The position numbers and the translations under genes were made by a program. Below are positions 1 through 7,958 of a DNA stretch of 41,983 nucleotides, piece after piece; within the stretch, counting starts at the first letter, position 1; each line of letters starts with the position of its first letter. The stretch is from a virus. Lineage: Duplodnaviria; Caudoviricetes. The stretch covers positions 1 through 41,983 of IMG/VR virus record IMGVR_UViG_3300044449_000103, one strand, 5' to 3'. The notes below the pieces were generated by a model. That model was not told where the DNA came from. It searched no databases and saw only the letters and a program-made list of their open reading frames with translations.

Positions 1-114
1 GTTTACTACAATCAAAAACGGCGGCATAGTGCTAACGGCCTCATCAGCCCGCAAGCTTATGAGACTATGAAGAAAGTTGCTTAAATGAGTGTCCGATATT
101 ACTGGGCAAGATCA
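1..114 (+). mobile_element. IS3-family insertion sequence, right end (transposase C-terminus 1-84 plus terminal IR ending in CA)
   Basis: Frame 1 reads VYYNQKRRHSANGLISPQAYETMKKVA*, the YNxxRxHSxxGxxSP tail of IS3-family OrfB. It is followed by ...GGGCAAGATCA, and an exact reverse-complement copy lies at 41869-41982. Confidence 0.88.
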
Positions 115-250
115 CAACAAAGTTCTCGCCCGCTGGTACCTCGTCACCGCTTTCGGTCACGTGAATCTCTTGAACAATGAATTCTGTGCTATTGAGCTTT
201 CCGACAATGCGGACCTTCTGGCCTTTGCTCGTGTATTTGATCTCGCTCAT
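115..250 (-). pseudogene. Phage early-left hypothetical gene truncated by the IS3 insertion
   Basis: ORF 65..250 runs into the IS after ...PAGENFV. The tail ILPSNIGHSFKQLSS is IS-derived. A GGGAGAG RBS lies upstream of the ATG. Confidence 0.75.
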
Positions 251-260
251 GAGCTCTCCC

Positions 261-527
261 CTAAGCTTCGATAAATTTCGTTTGGTCTAACAACAACGGT
301 TCAGCTGCAGCTTCCTCAATCGCTTCTCCAGTCTCCGCAGCGTTCTGATTTGCTACACGCTGGCAATCAGACTTGATCAGCTCAAAAATTCTGCTCACCG
401 TTGGACTAGATAGTTTCACCTCTTGCTTACCGTTCTCACCGGCCAACTGAACCAAGCCAACCAACTGATTTGGATACTCACTGTCATATGCTTCTTTCCG
501 CTCAATCTTCAGGTTCACAAACCTCAT
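261..527 (-). CDS. Hypothetical protein
   Basis: 88-aa ORF with GAGGTG RBS in the ATGA-coupled leftward operon. Confidence 0.75.
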   Translation of the reverse strand: MRFVNLKIERKEAYDSEYPNQLVGLVQLAGENGKQEVKLSSPTVSRIFELIKSDCQRVANQNAAETGEAIEEAAAEPLLLDQTKFIEA

Positions 528-670
528 AACGATTCACCTCGTCTCTCTAACTCTTGCTTTAAGTAATGAATGGCAGGCCCGTGATACTCCGAGTTCTCTG
601 CATCATTCGGATTTCGTTTAATGTCTAACTCGTGAGCTGCGATCTCTGAACGGATCTGCTCGACTGTCAT
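524..670 (-). CDS. Small hypothetical protein, 48 aa (not in ORF track)
   Basis: MTVEQIRSEIAAHELDIKRNPNDAENSEYHGPAIHYLKQELERRGESL*, with ATGA overlaps to both neighbours. Confidence 0.7.
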   Translation of the reverse strand: MTVEQIRSEIAAHELDIKRNPNDAENSEYHGPAIHYLKQELERRGESL

Positions 671-918
671 GTGCTTGTACATGTCGCCCCTTTCAATCTG
701 CTGGTTATGCGTCTCGCATCCATCTCAATCTGATGAGGGTTGCCTTGGTAATCCAAGATGTAAGCGTCTCGAAGTCCTCTGAAATAGGCGTAACGGACTT
801 CTCGGTCCTTATTTGTTAGAGGCTTCTCAATGCCGGCTGCTGTCCTTTTGTAGCTTGCGGAGTAGCCCTCGTACGCGCTAAGAATCATTTGCCAGTGGCG
901 TTCCTGTTTCGCGTTCAT
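667..918 (-). CDS. Hypothetical protein
   Basis: 83-aa ORF with AGGGG RBS, translationally coupled. Confidence 0.7.
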   Translation of the reverse strand: MNAKQERHWQMILSAYEGYSASYKRTAAGIEKPLTNKDREVRYAYFRGLRDAYILDYQGNPHQIEMDARRITSRLKGATCTST

Positions 919-973
919 TGCTTGCCCCTATTGGCTAAACAAGATTTGTGATTAGTAACGGGATGGGCGAGGC

Positions 974-1243
974 TCATTTGTTTCGGCCTCGTTGGTTATC
1001 GCCATAAGGGTCTTCGATCCCCGCAGCTTTTAGAACTGCTTCTAATACGAAGTCCTTAATGTGTTTCCTGCACAACGGAATGCCGTCAAAAGTAAACTTG
1101 GCATGGCAGTTACAACGACTAGGCGGGTGGCTTTTAGGATCCCACTTTGCCCTCTGAATAACGGTGTCGCGATTTAGCTTTGCAGCACACTTGGGTGGTA
1201 TTTCGTCGGTCACCGCTTGAATGTTGATTTTGAAAAGGTTCAC
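974..1243 (-). CDS. Hypothetical protein, possible Zn-binding
   Basis: Cys/His pattern (C...RC...LCRKH); AGGAG RBS before the GTG start. Confidence 0.65.
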   Translation of the reverse strand: MNLFKINIQAVTDEIPPKCAAKLNRDTVIQRAKWDPKSHPPSRCNCHAKFTFDGIPLCRKHIKDFVLEAVLKAAGIEDPYGDNQRGRNK

Positions 1244-1494
1244 GCGACTTGGCTCCTAACTTGGATAACCCCCCGGTAAAACGCTTGAGCAATGATCTCG
1301 TCTTTGGTGTAACCGGCGTCGAGACGTAGACCTGCGTTCATGAGATGCTTTCGAACTGTCTCGGGTCGCATGCCTAATATCTTGGCAACAACGTTGAACT
1401 TTTTGCCTTCGGCTATCCAAAGCAAAACTTCCAATTGCCGCTCTGTAAGCAGCTCGCTTGAAACTCGGAAACGTGGGGATTCGTATACATTCAT
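1240..1494 (-). CDS. LuxR/GerE-type HTH protein
   Basis: LTERQLEVLLWIAEGKKFNVVAKILGMRPETVRKHLMNAGLRL is a LuxR C-terminal HTH. Start moved to ATG 1494 because 1497-1530 is promoter/operator. Confidence 0.85.
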   Translation of the reverse strand: MNVYESPRFRVSSELLTERQLEVLLWIAEGKKFNVVAKILGMRPETVRKHLMNAGLRLDAGYTKDEIIAQAFYRGVIQVRSQVA

Positions 1495-1496
1495 GA

Positions 1497-1541
1497 CTAC
1501 AAATGTATACTTTTGTAGAAATCTCGTCAACTACAAATGTA
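1497..1541 (-). promoter_or_regulatory. PL-like promoter with operator palindrome
   Basis: Minus strand TTGACG(1530-1525)-17 bp-TACATT. A 22-bp near-palindrome CTACAAATGTATACTTTTGTAG lies at 1497-1518 and a repeated half-site CTACAAATGTA at 1531-1541. Confidence 0.8.
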
Positions 1542-1593
1542 TGTATATTTCACAAGTTGTGAAGAAATATTACTTAAGTGTGGTTTTTTGAGC

Positions 1594-2220
1594 TTACTCG
1601 GGGATAAAACAACCTGTGCAAACACCAATGAGCTTTGGCTTCACTTCTGTCTGGATGACAGGGTAATGATTGTTAAGAGGTTTCAGAAAGTAGTATCCAG
1701 AATCCGCAAGAAATTCGCGAAAAGTTGGAACTCCATTGTGGATCGCCAAGACTCGTTTGCCTGCTTTAGGTGTGGTTAAGTCTGGGTCAATGAAAACGTA
1801 AGATCCATCTGGATAATTCGGCCCGACAGGAGAAGAGTTCACCATCATGTCTCCCATAATACGAATGGCAAAAGTCCGTTTGCCCCAATTCTTAAAGGCC
1901 GGAAGCCATTCTCTAGAAGCTAGTTCGGAGTCGAAACTGCTTAAGTCCACAGTTTCTTCTATGGCCAAGACAGGTACTGGAGATGATGCCGCAGGGGACA
2001 TTTTAGGTGGCTTCAATAATGCCCCCTCACCGTCAAGCAGTGTGCTCAAATCCACGCCTAACGCTTTTGCTATCGCTGGCAGTTTTTTCGAAGATTGATT
2101 TCTACCGTTTTCGATGTGGCCAATAGTTCCCGCAGTCGTATCTGCCAGATCCGCTAGCTCTTTCATCGAATACCCGCGTAACGTCCGGTAGTATTCGAGC
2201 CTCTCTCCTAAGGTTTTCAT
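1594..2220 (-). CDS. cI: CI-like repressor (XRE HTH plus S24-like C-terminal domain)
   Basis: MKTLGERLEYYRTLRGYSMKELA...IENGRN HTH, an S24-fold C-terminus, divergent from cro. Start set at ATG 2220, 6 nt after a TATACT -10 box. Confidence 0.9.
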   Translation of the reverse strand: MKTLGERLEYYRTLRGYSMKELADLADTTAGTIGHIENGRNQSSKKLPAIAKALGVDLSTLLDGEGALLKPPKMSPAASSPVPVLAIEETVDLSSFDSELASREWLPAFKNWGKRTFAIRIMGDMMVNSSPVGPNYPDGSYVFIDPDLTTPKAGKRVLAIHNGVPTFREFLADSGYYFLKPLNNHYPVIQTEVKPKLIGVCTGCFIPE

Positions 2221-2297
2221 GCGAGAAGTATAACTGACCACCTCTCCGGGTGTGGTATACGTTTGTTGTTGCATTTGTATACTTTTGTATATATTCT
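2221..2297. promoter_or_regulatory. Divergent PRM/PR region with operators
   Basis: PR: TTGCAT(2269-2274)-17 bp-TATTCT(2292-2297). PRM -10 TATACT on the minus strand (2232-2227). TGTATACTTTTGTA at 2276-2289 is identical to the left operator core, with a variant GTATACGTTTGT at 2255-2266. Confidence 0.8.
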
Positions 2298-2330
2298 CGC
2301 TTCTCGAACCCACAAGGTAGATTCAAAAAA

Positions 2331-2564
2331 TTGGACCCAAAAGAAGCTATTGAGAAAGTAGCGTCTATCGTGGGCAACCCTTCTAAACTCGCCTCAGCAT
2401 TGGAGGTGAGACCTCAGCACACATGGAATTGGATTAACAGAGACGGAAGAGTCGCCCCTGATTACGCAATTCGGTGCCACAAGCTTGTTGATGGCGAAGT
2501 GACAATCCATCAACTGCGACCAGACCTCTACCCAGAGGGGGTGGTGAAGATGGTTGATTCATAA
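2331..2564 (+). CDS. cro: Cro/YdaS-like HTH regulator
   Basis: Short HTH ending LRPDLY, divergent from cI. TTG start at 2331 inferred from the upstream AAGGT. Confidence 0.85.
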   Translation: MDPKEAIEKVASIVGNPSKLASALEVRPQHTWNWINRDGRVAPDYAIRCHKLVDGEVTIHQLRPDLYPEGVVKMVDS

Positions 2565-2637
2565 CGTGTTCCCCGTCGTTGCTTTGTGTGATTCACGTTA
2601 CCTGCTCTCGGCTCTTCGAGACATACCAAGTATCAGC

Positions 2638-2653
2638 CTGTTTATTTATACAG
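2638..2653. promoter_or_regulatory. LexA (SOS) box
   Basis: CTGTTTATTTATACAG = CTGT-N8-ACAG with an AT-only spacer; intergenic, 16 bp upstream of the initiator ATG. Confidence 0.8.
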
Positions 2654-2669
2654 GTGTTTAGGGGGCCGA

Positions 2670-3527
2670 ATGTACGGCAAAGTTTTCCAAGGTATTCATA
2701 AGTCCACTCTGATGGCAGTTGGTGGTTGGCTACCGACCTACATCTTCGAACAGATGATTGTCATCGCCGATAAAGATGGGATCGTGGAACATGCGCCTTT
2801 GGCCCTGTATCGAGAAATTGGGCTGGCTTACGAAACGGAATTCTGTCCCGTTGTTCCTTTGTCGAGGTTCGAAAAGGCGATTCAGTATCTGGAGTCACCA
2901 GACCCAGATTCGAAGTCACCAACTCTTGATGGTCGCCGAATCGTTCCGCTGAAAGACATCCCAGACTTTGAAGAAAATCGCGGTTGGTTGATTGTTAATT
3001 ACGAGCACTATCGCGTGAAAGGTTCCAAGGTTGAGCAACGTGGAGCATCCACGAAACGTGTCCAAGAGTTCAGGAAGCGTCAAAAAGAGAGTGAACAAAG
3101 AGGTGAACACCCGGGTGAACATGTACATGAACAACAAAAAAACGGACTTCAAGAAAATCAACAACTTAACCTTGGATGTAACGGGAATGTAACGGATGAA
3201 ACGGTACATATAGATACAGATACAGATATAGATAATAAAACACTAGGTCAAAATCCTTTTGACCGGTTCTGGAAGGTCTACCCCAATAAGAAACAAAAAC
3301 AGCGAGCCATCAAGGCATTCGACAAGATCGATCCATCCCTTTACGAACGAATTATTGCAGATGTCGATGAGCGAGCTCAGTTTGACGAGCAGTGGCTTAA
3401 GGAAAGCGGTCGATTTATTCCCCATCCAGCTTCTTACCTCAACGGCGGTTGTTGGGAAGACGAGTGGACGAGGTTTGTGCCACAGCAATCCAGTGAACCC
3501 CAGAGTCCATCCCGGAGGGCATTCTGA
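2670..3527 (+). CDS. Phage replication initiator (O-like)
   Basis: Lies between cro and dnaB; C-terminal FDRFWKVYP.K..K and FIPHPASYLNG..WEDE motifs; internal DTDTD tract. Confidence 0.85.
   Translation: MYGKVFQGIHKSTLMAVGGWLPTYIFEQMIVIADKDGIVEHAPLALYREIGLAYETEFCPVVPLSRFEKAIQYLESPDPDSKSPTLDGRRIVPLKDIPDFEENRGWLIVNYEHYRVKGSKVEQRGASTKRVQEFRKRQKESEQRGEHPGEHVHEQQKNGLQENQQLNLGCNGNVTDETVHIDTDTDIDNKTLGQNPFDRFWKVYPNKKQKQRAIKAFDKIDPSLYERIIADVDERAQFDEQWLKESGRFIPHPASYLNGGCWEDEWTRFVPQQSSEPQSPSRRAF
3091..3240 (+). repeat. Putative replication origin iterons within the initiator gene
   Basis: RTGAACA at 3091, 3103, 3115 and 3127 (period 12); TGWAACGG at 3177, 3188 and 3197; then an AT-rich AGATAC repeat. 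Confidence 0.55.
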
Positions 3528-4870
3528 TGTACGACGACGATATCGAGTCTCATCCCAGTATCAAGATCCCGCCTCATTCGATTGAGGCTGAGCGTTCGGT
3601 GCTGGGTGGATTGATGATTGCCAACGACGCTTGGTACGAGATTGCGAATGTCGTCAAGGGCGATGATTTTTATCGAAATGATCACCGGACAATTTTCCGG
3701 TGCATGTCGAGTCTCGTAGATCACGAGCAGCCGATCGATATCGTTACCGTGGCGGAGCATCTCCACAAAAGCGGTGAGTTGGATGGTATCGGTGGCATGC
3801 ACTACCTGAGAGATCTCACGTCCTCGACACCGTCGACCGCAAACATCGCTGCTTACGGAAAAATCGTCGCTGAACGGTCAAGACGCCGTAACGTCATTGG
3901 CGCTAGTCACGATTTATCGTCAGCCCTTCTGGGCGACGGAGATACCGAGTCGTCCTTGAACAAATTCCTTACCGCCGTTGATGAGGATGAAAAGTCTGCT
4001 GAGCAGGTCTCTCTGAGAGAAGCCCTCACACGAGCTGTTGAATACACCGATCAGGCTTACCAAAAAGCGAAGGAAGGTGTGATCAGGGGCATACCGACTG
4101 GTATCGAGAGATTTGACGACAAGCATGGCGGCCTTCAAGACGGCCATCTGTACATCATCGGCGCTCGCCCAAGCATGGGTAAGACAGCCGTTGCTTGCAA
4201 CATCATGTGGGGGGCACTTCAAGCAGGCAAGCGAGTCGGTTTTATGTCGCTGGAGATGCCATCGCAAGATATCGCGCATCGGATGATCTCATTGGCGGGC
4301 TCCGTGCCAGCCGAAAGGATGCGAAACGGCAAGCTAGACGATCACGACTGGCCCAGACTCACTTCAGGCGTATCCCTGCTGAATGACAAGGCGATGGAGA
4401 TCTATGACGGTGATGAAGATCACATCAATGACCTAATTCATGTTGCTATGCGAATGAAACACCGCAACAAGATTGACTTGTTGGTTATTGACTACGTGCA
4501 ACTGATCGAAGGTGACGGCAACAGCAGGACTGAAGAGCTCAATCAGATTACGCGAAAGCTCAAAAAGAAAATCGCCAAGCGCCTTCGAATACCGGTAATC
4601 GCATTGGCTCAGATCAATCGAGAGGTAGAGAAGCGAGCCAACAAACGACCCACGAAGGCTGACCTCAAAGACTCTGGCAGCATCGAGCAGGATGCAGACA
4701 TGGTAATTCTCTTGCATCGCGAGGGTTACTACGACGACACCAAGGCTGACAACACTCTCGAATACATCATCGACAAAAATCGTCACGGACCGACAGGAAC
4801 GATCTGGTGTGGCTGGGAAGGTGAGCTCATGCAGATCACTCAGCGGAGGCACAATGAACACGACGATTGA
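3527..4870 (+). CDS. dnaB: Replicative DNA helicase
   Basis: PPHSIEAERSVLG N-terminus, Walker A GARPSMGKT, SLEM, VIDYVQL, DLKDSGSIEQDAD, KNRHGPTG. Confidence 0.97.
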   Translation: MYDDDIESHPSIKIPPHSIEAERSVLGGLMIANDAWYEIANVVKGDDFYRNDHRTIFRCMSSLVDHEQPIDIVTVAEHLHKSGELDGIGGMHYLRDLTSSTPSTANIAAYGKIVAERSRRRNVIGASHDLSSALLGDGDTESSLNKFLTAVDEDEKSAEQVSLREALTRAVEYTDQAYQKAKEGVIRGIPTGIERFDDKHGGLQDGHLYIIGARPSMGKTAVACNIMWGALQAGKRVGFMSLEMPSQDIAHRMISLAGSVPAERMRNGKLDDHDWPRLTSGVSLLNDKAMEIYDGDEDHINDLIHVAMRMKHRNKIDLLVIDYVQLIEGDGNSRTEELNQITRKLKKKIAKRLRIPVIALAQINREVEKRANKRPTKADLKDSGSIEQDADMVILLHREGYYDDTKADNTLEYIIDKNRHGPTGTIWCGWEGELMQITQRRHNEHDD

Positions 4871-5027
4871 TCAACTGAATTTGTTGCCGGCAGAAGCTCG
4901 CAGAGCCTACCAGAAGGCTCAGCAACCTCAATGTGCGCATCAGCATTACTGCAAGGTTAAACACGCTTACGTAACGATAACGAGCGACTCACCATGCCGT
5001 CACTGTAACAAGCGTGAGGGTTGCTAG
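4854..5027 (+). CDS. Small Cys/His-rich hypothetical protein
   Basis: GGAGG RBS before ATG 4854 (MNTTIDQ...); CxxxxxC...CxxC. Confidence 0.55.
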   Translation: MNTTIDQLNLLPAEARRAYQKAQQPQCAHQHYCKVKHAYVTITSDSPCRHCNKREGC

Positions 5028-5483
5028 ATGAATTACGTCAACTATCGAATCCAAAGCGTCGACGATGTCGAGGCTCTGAACGATCGCCTGATGCGCTACT
5101 TCTCGAGAGAAGACGCCAAGGTCTTGGATGCTCAACTGAAGCCATACAAGCCGCCAAAGACACGGAAGCAAGAGAAAGCGTTATTCGGCCATGCCTACGT
5201 GATTTTGGAAAACGAATTGGGTGCCTCTAAAGAGGATTTCCATGACCACTTTTGCAAGAAGTTTTTCGGTCAGACGGAAATATTGGCAGGCAAGAAAGTA
5301 ATTGGCTATCGACCTATTCGTACCACGACTCGCGATGAGGATGGACTGATCAATCCAGTCAGCTCGAAGGTCATGGCCCAGTTTTTCGAGAGAGTACAGA
5401 TTGAATCCGCTTCGGAGTTTGGAGTGATCATTCCTGACCCCGATCCAGATTGGAAAAAACGTATGGCGGAGGCCGACGACTAA
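5028..5483 (+). CDS. ninB: NinB/YbcN-like recombination protein
   Basis: KTRKQEKALFG...KEDFHDHFCKKF...MAQFFERVQ...GVIIPDP pattern; nin-region position. Confidence 0.65.
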   Translation: MNYVNYRIQSVDDVEALNDRLMRYFSREDAKVLDAQLKPYKPPKTRKQEKALFGHAYVILENELGASKEDFHDHFCKKFFGQTEILAGKKVIGYRPIRTTTRDEDGLINPVSSKVMAQFFERVQIESASEFGVIIPDPDPDWKKRMAEADD

Positions 5484-5565
5484 AAACCCATGGAGAGAGC
5501 AACTGTGAGAACGGACGCATTGGAGAACAGCTGCTTAAGCAACCTAACAACCATTTGGAGATTGT

Positions 5566-6099
5566 ATGTTTAAAATTGATGCAACACTTGTGCTATCCAG
5601 TATCAACGTTCGTTCCGAAAAACATGGCGATGAAAAAGAGCCCGCCATCGACTTGAAGTTCTCCGGCACCCTGCCAGTGGAAGCCGTAATCCAGCTTTAC
5701 GGCAACGTCGATCTCGAAGACTACAAAGATCTGTATTGGAACGACAGCGGCAACTTGAAGATCGCAAAGGGTCCAGCTGTAGCCTTCACCAAAAAGCTGG
5801 AGAAGATAAGTTTCGCTATGCACGAGTCCTTTATCGAGCAACCCAAAGAAGTCGTTATCAGCGACGAAGCTGTGAGTCTCAAGGGATTCAAAGCTGCATT
5901 TCACGAAGGTCACCGTTTTGAATCCAGCTTCACCGTTCAGATCCAGAAGGTCACCGGTGAACAGCTTAAGAACTTAGTCGAGTATCTCGAAAAGAGCGTG
6001 TTTGTCTGTCTGGAGGAAAAGCAGATATCCATGGACCTCGAAGAACCACCTGAGTTGGAAGAGGTTGAGGACGAAGAAGACGAAGTTGTTGAAGCATGA
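5566..6099 (+). CDS. Hypothetical protein with acidic tail
   Basis: 177-aa ORF with GGAG RBS. Confidence 0.75.
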   Translation: MFKIDATLVLSSINVRSEKHGDEKEPAIDLKFSGTLPVEAVIQLYGNVDLEDYKDLYWNDSGNLKIAKGPAVAFTKKLEKISFAMHESFIEQPKEVVISDEAVSLKGFKAAFHEGHRFESSFTVQIQKVTGEQLKNLVEYLEKSVFVCLEEKQISMDLEEPPELEEVEDEEDEVVEA

Positions 6100-6335
6100 T
6101 GAGCGATTCTATGAGGAGACAGGAAGTCTCCACCGCTCCCTGTTTGCAATCAAAGCTAAAGGAATCAGCTGAGATCGAAGATGCTGTTCAGGCTTACCTC
6201 AAGGCAGGCAACAAGATCGATGAGTTCGGGATGGGTGTGTCCGGGCTGCACAAGTCCGGAGTGACAAAAGCTCAGGCCGTGCAACTGAAACTTGCTAGCC
6301 GCCGCGGCAAGAAGAAACTGAAGCGTGGCTCGTAA
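6096..6335 (+). CDS. Hypothetical protein (possibly SutA-like)
   Basis: IEDAVQAYLKAGNKIDEF resembles the FLxxGGKI motif; coupled to neighbours. Confidence 0.6.
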   Translation: MMSDSMRRQEVSTAPCLQSKLKESAEIEDAVQAYLKAGNKIDEFGMGVSGLHKSGVTKAQAVQLKLASRRGKKKLKRGS

Positions 6336-6909
6336 GTGTAAGAACAAAAAGTGCGGCAAGACGTTCGAGCCGCAGTTCAACACGATACAGCCGTGTTGCT
6401 CGATCAAGTGTGCGATTGAGTACAGTCAGGAAAAGAAAAAAGCTGAAAAGAGCAAAGAAGCTCGAAAGCAAAAGACAGCGCTCAGGCAATCGAAAATCAG
6501 CTACTGGCACGACAAACTGCAGCCGATTTTTAACAAGTACATTCGCCTTCGCGATGCTCATCTGCCCTGTATCTCATGCGGCACGTTTACGCCGAAGTAC
6601 TACCCAAGGAAGGGCCAATGGGATGCAGGCCACTTTAGAACCAGAGGTGCAGCGCCCGAGCTTAGGTACGAGGAAAAGAACGTTCACAAAGAGTGCGTTC
6701 ACTGCAACTTGCACAACACCGAGCACTTGTTGGGATACAGACGCAATCTGATTCTGAAGATCGGTATCAAGGACGTGCACTGGCTTGAAGGGCCACACGA
6801 TCCGAAGAACTACACCATCCCAGATCTGAAGGAACTGATCGAGTACTACAAGGCAAAAATAAAGCTGCTGGAAGCCGAACAAAAACCAGAGGCATTGGAT
6901 CAGGCATGA
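6325..6909 (+). CDS. ninG: NinG/Rap Holliday junction endonuclease
   Basis: FNKYIRLRDAHLPCISCG, WDAGHFRTRGAAPELRY, NVHKECVHCN. Confidence 0.95.
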   Translation: MARKCKNKKCGKTFEPQFNTIQPCCSIKCAIEYSQEKKKAEKSKEARKQKTALRQSKISYWHDKLQPIFNKYIRLRDAHLPCISCGTFTPKYYPRKGQWDAGHFRTRGAAPELRYEEKNVHKECVHCNLHNTEHLLGYRRNLILKIGIKDVHWLEGPHDPKNYTIPDLKELIEYYKAKIKLLEAEQKPEALDQA

Positions 6910-7091
6910 GCAAATACACTCCTCAGAGAGAGGCACAGAGCGGCGGAACGTGTCACGTGTGCGGATACATGGCCGCATCCTACTGCGACCACCAGTACCC
7001 GGACGGCAGCTACTGCAATAAACCGCTTTGCTTTGAGCATGCCAAGAACCCTGAGCCGGGTGTTCACCTCTGCGAGGAGCATTCAAAGTGA
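6906..7091 (+). CDS. Small Zn-finger protein
   Basis: CxxC...CD...CNKPLCFEH...LCEEH. Confidence 0.7.
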   Translation: MSKYTPQREAQSGGTCHVCGYMAASYCDHQYPDGSYCNKPLCFEHAKNPEPGVHLCEEHSK

Positions 7092-7621
7092 GTCAGGCTG
7101 AGCACATGACCGATGTGTTTTATCGCCACTACTTCCAGCGGTTCCATTACATGTTCCCAAACTGCTACGGCGGTGACGGTAAGGAAATGGACATCATGGG
7201 TGTGCGCCCCAGTCGATACGTCGATGAAATTGAGATCAAAGTCAGCAAGTCAGACTATAAAGCCGATTTCAAAAAAGAAGTGACTCACTACATCTCCGAG
7301 CAGAATCGGCTGGAGAAAAAGCTCAAGCACGATCAACTCGCAAAAGGTGAACTCACCCCAAATCGATTTTGGTTCTTTGTACCTGAGGACTTAGCGCCAG
7401 AGATCGCGGTACCGACCCATGCCGGATTGGTTGTGATGACAAAGACGGGCATTCGCGAGGTCAAGGAAGCGCCTCTGCTACACAAACGAAAACTCGAGGT
7501 GGGCGATATCCACCGGCTGACCAAGAACATGATGTACCGATACTGGCAGTTTCGAACGGCAATTAACGACGAGAAGCGGAGTCAGGAACGCTACCGTGCG
7601 ACACAGAGAGATGCTCAATGA
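7088..7621 (+). CDS. MmcB-like PD-(D/E)xK nuclease
   Basis: EMDIMG...EIEIKVSKSDYKADFKK...PNRFWFFVP...AGL. Confidence 0.75.
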   Translation: MSQAEHMTDVFYRHYFQRFHYMFPNCYGGDGKEMDIMGVRPSRYVDEIEIKVSKSDYKADFKKEVTHYISEQNRLEKKLKHDQLAKGELTPNRFWFFVPEDLAPEIAVPTHAGLVVMTKTGIREVKEAPLLHKRKLEVGDIHRLTKNMMYRYWQFRTAINDEKRSQERYRATQRDAQ

Positions 7622-7866
7622 GCAAGCAACAGTTGACCCCGAAACAAGCCGACGTGTTGAAGTTTATTCGACAGCACTGGATCGAACATCAAGCATCACC
7701 CTCAATCAGTGAAGTTCGAGATGAGTTTGAGTTCAATAGTTCGAACGCTGCTCAAAACCATATCGATGCGCTCTTCCGTAAGGGTCATCTGAAGCCTCGT
7801 TCGCATCGGGCAAGAGATCTGATGCCAGTTGATCTAATGGAGTTGATCAAAAAACACTACAAATAG
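7618..7866 (+). CDS. LexA-type DNA-binding domain only (winged HTH)
   Basis: LTPKQADVLKFI...PSISEV...SSNAAQNHIDALFRKG...RARDL aligns with the LexA N-domain; no peptidase domain. Confidence 0.85.
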   Translation: MSKQQLTPKQADVLKFIRQHWIEHQASPSISEVRDEFEFNSSNAAQNHIDALFRKGHLKPRSHRARDLMPVDLMELIKKHYK

Positions 7867-7958
7867 TGATTCTAACGACATGTGTATGTTTGTCACTTAA
7901 TAAGTGTTTCACGTGTAACTAGAATCAGTCTCACATTTCGAATCCTGACCCTACGGCT

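Noticed and set aside
1-114. Terminal inverted repeats of a linear phage or plasmid
   Set aside because: The repeat encodes an IS3 transposase C-terminus, ends in CA and interrupts a gene, so it is better explained as IS ends at contig breaks.
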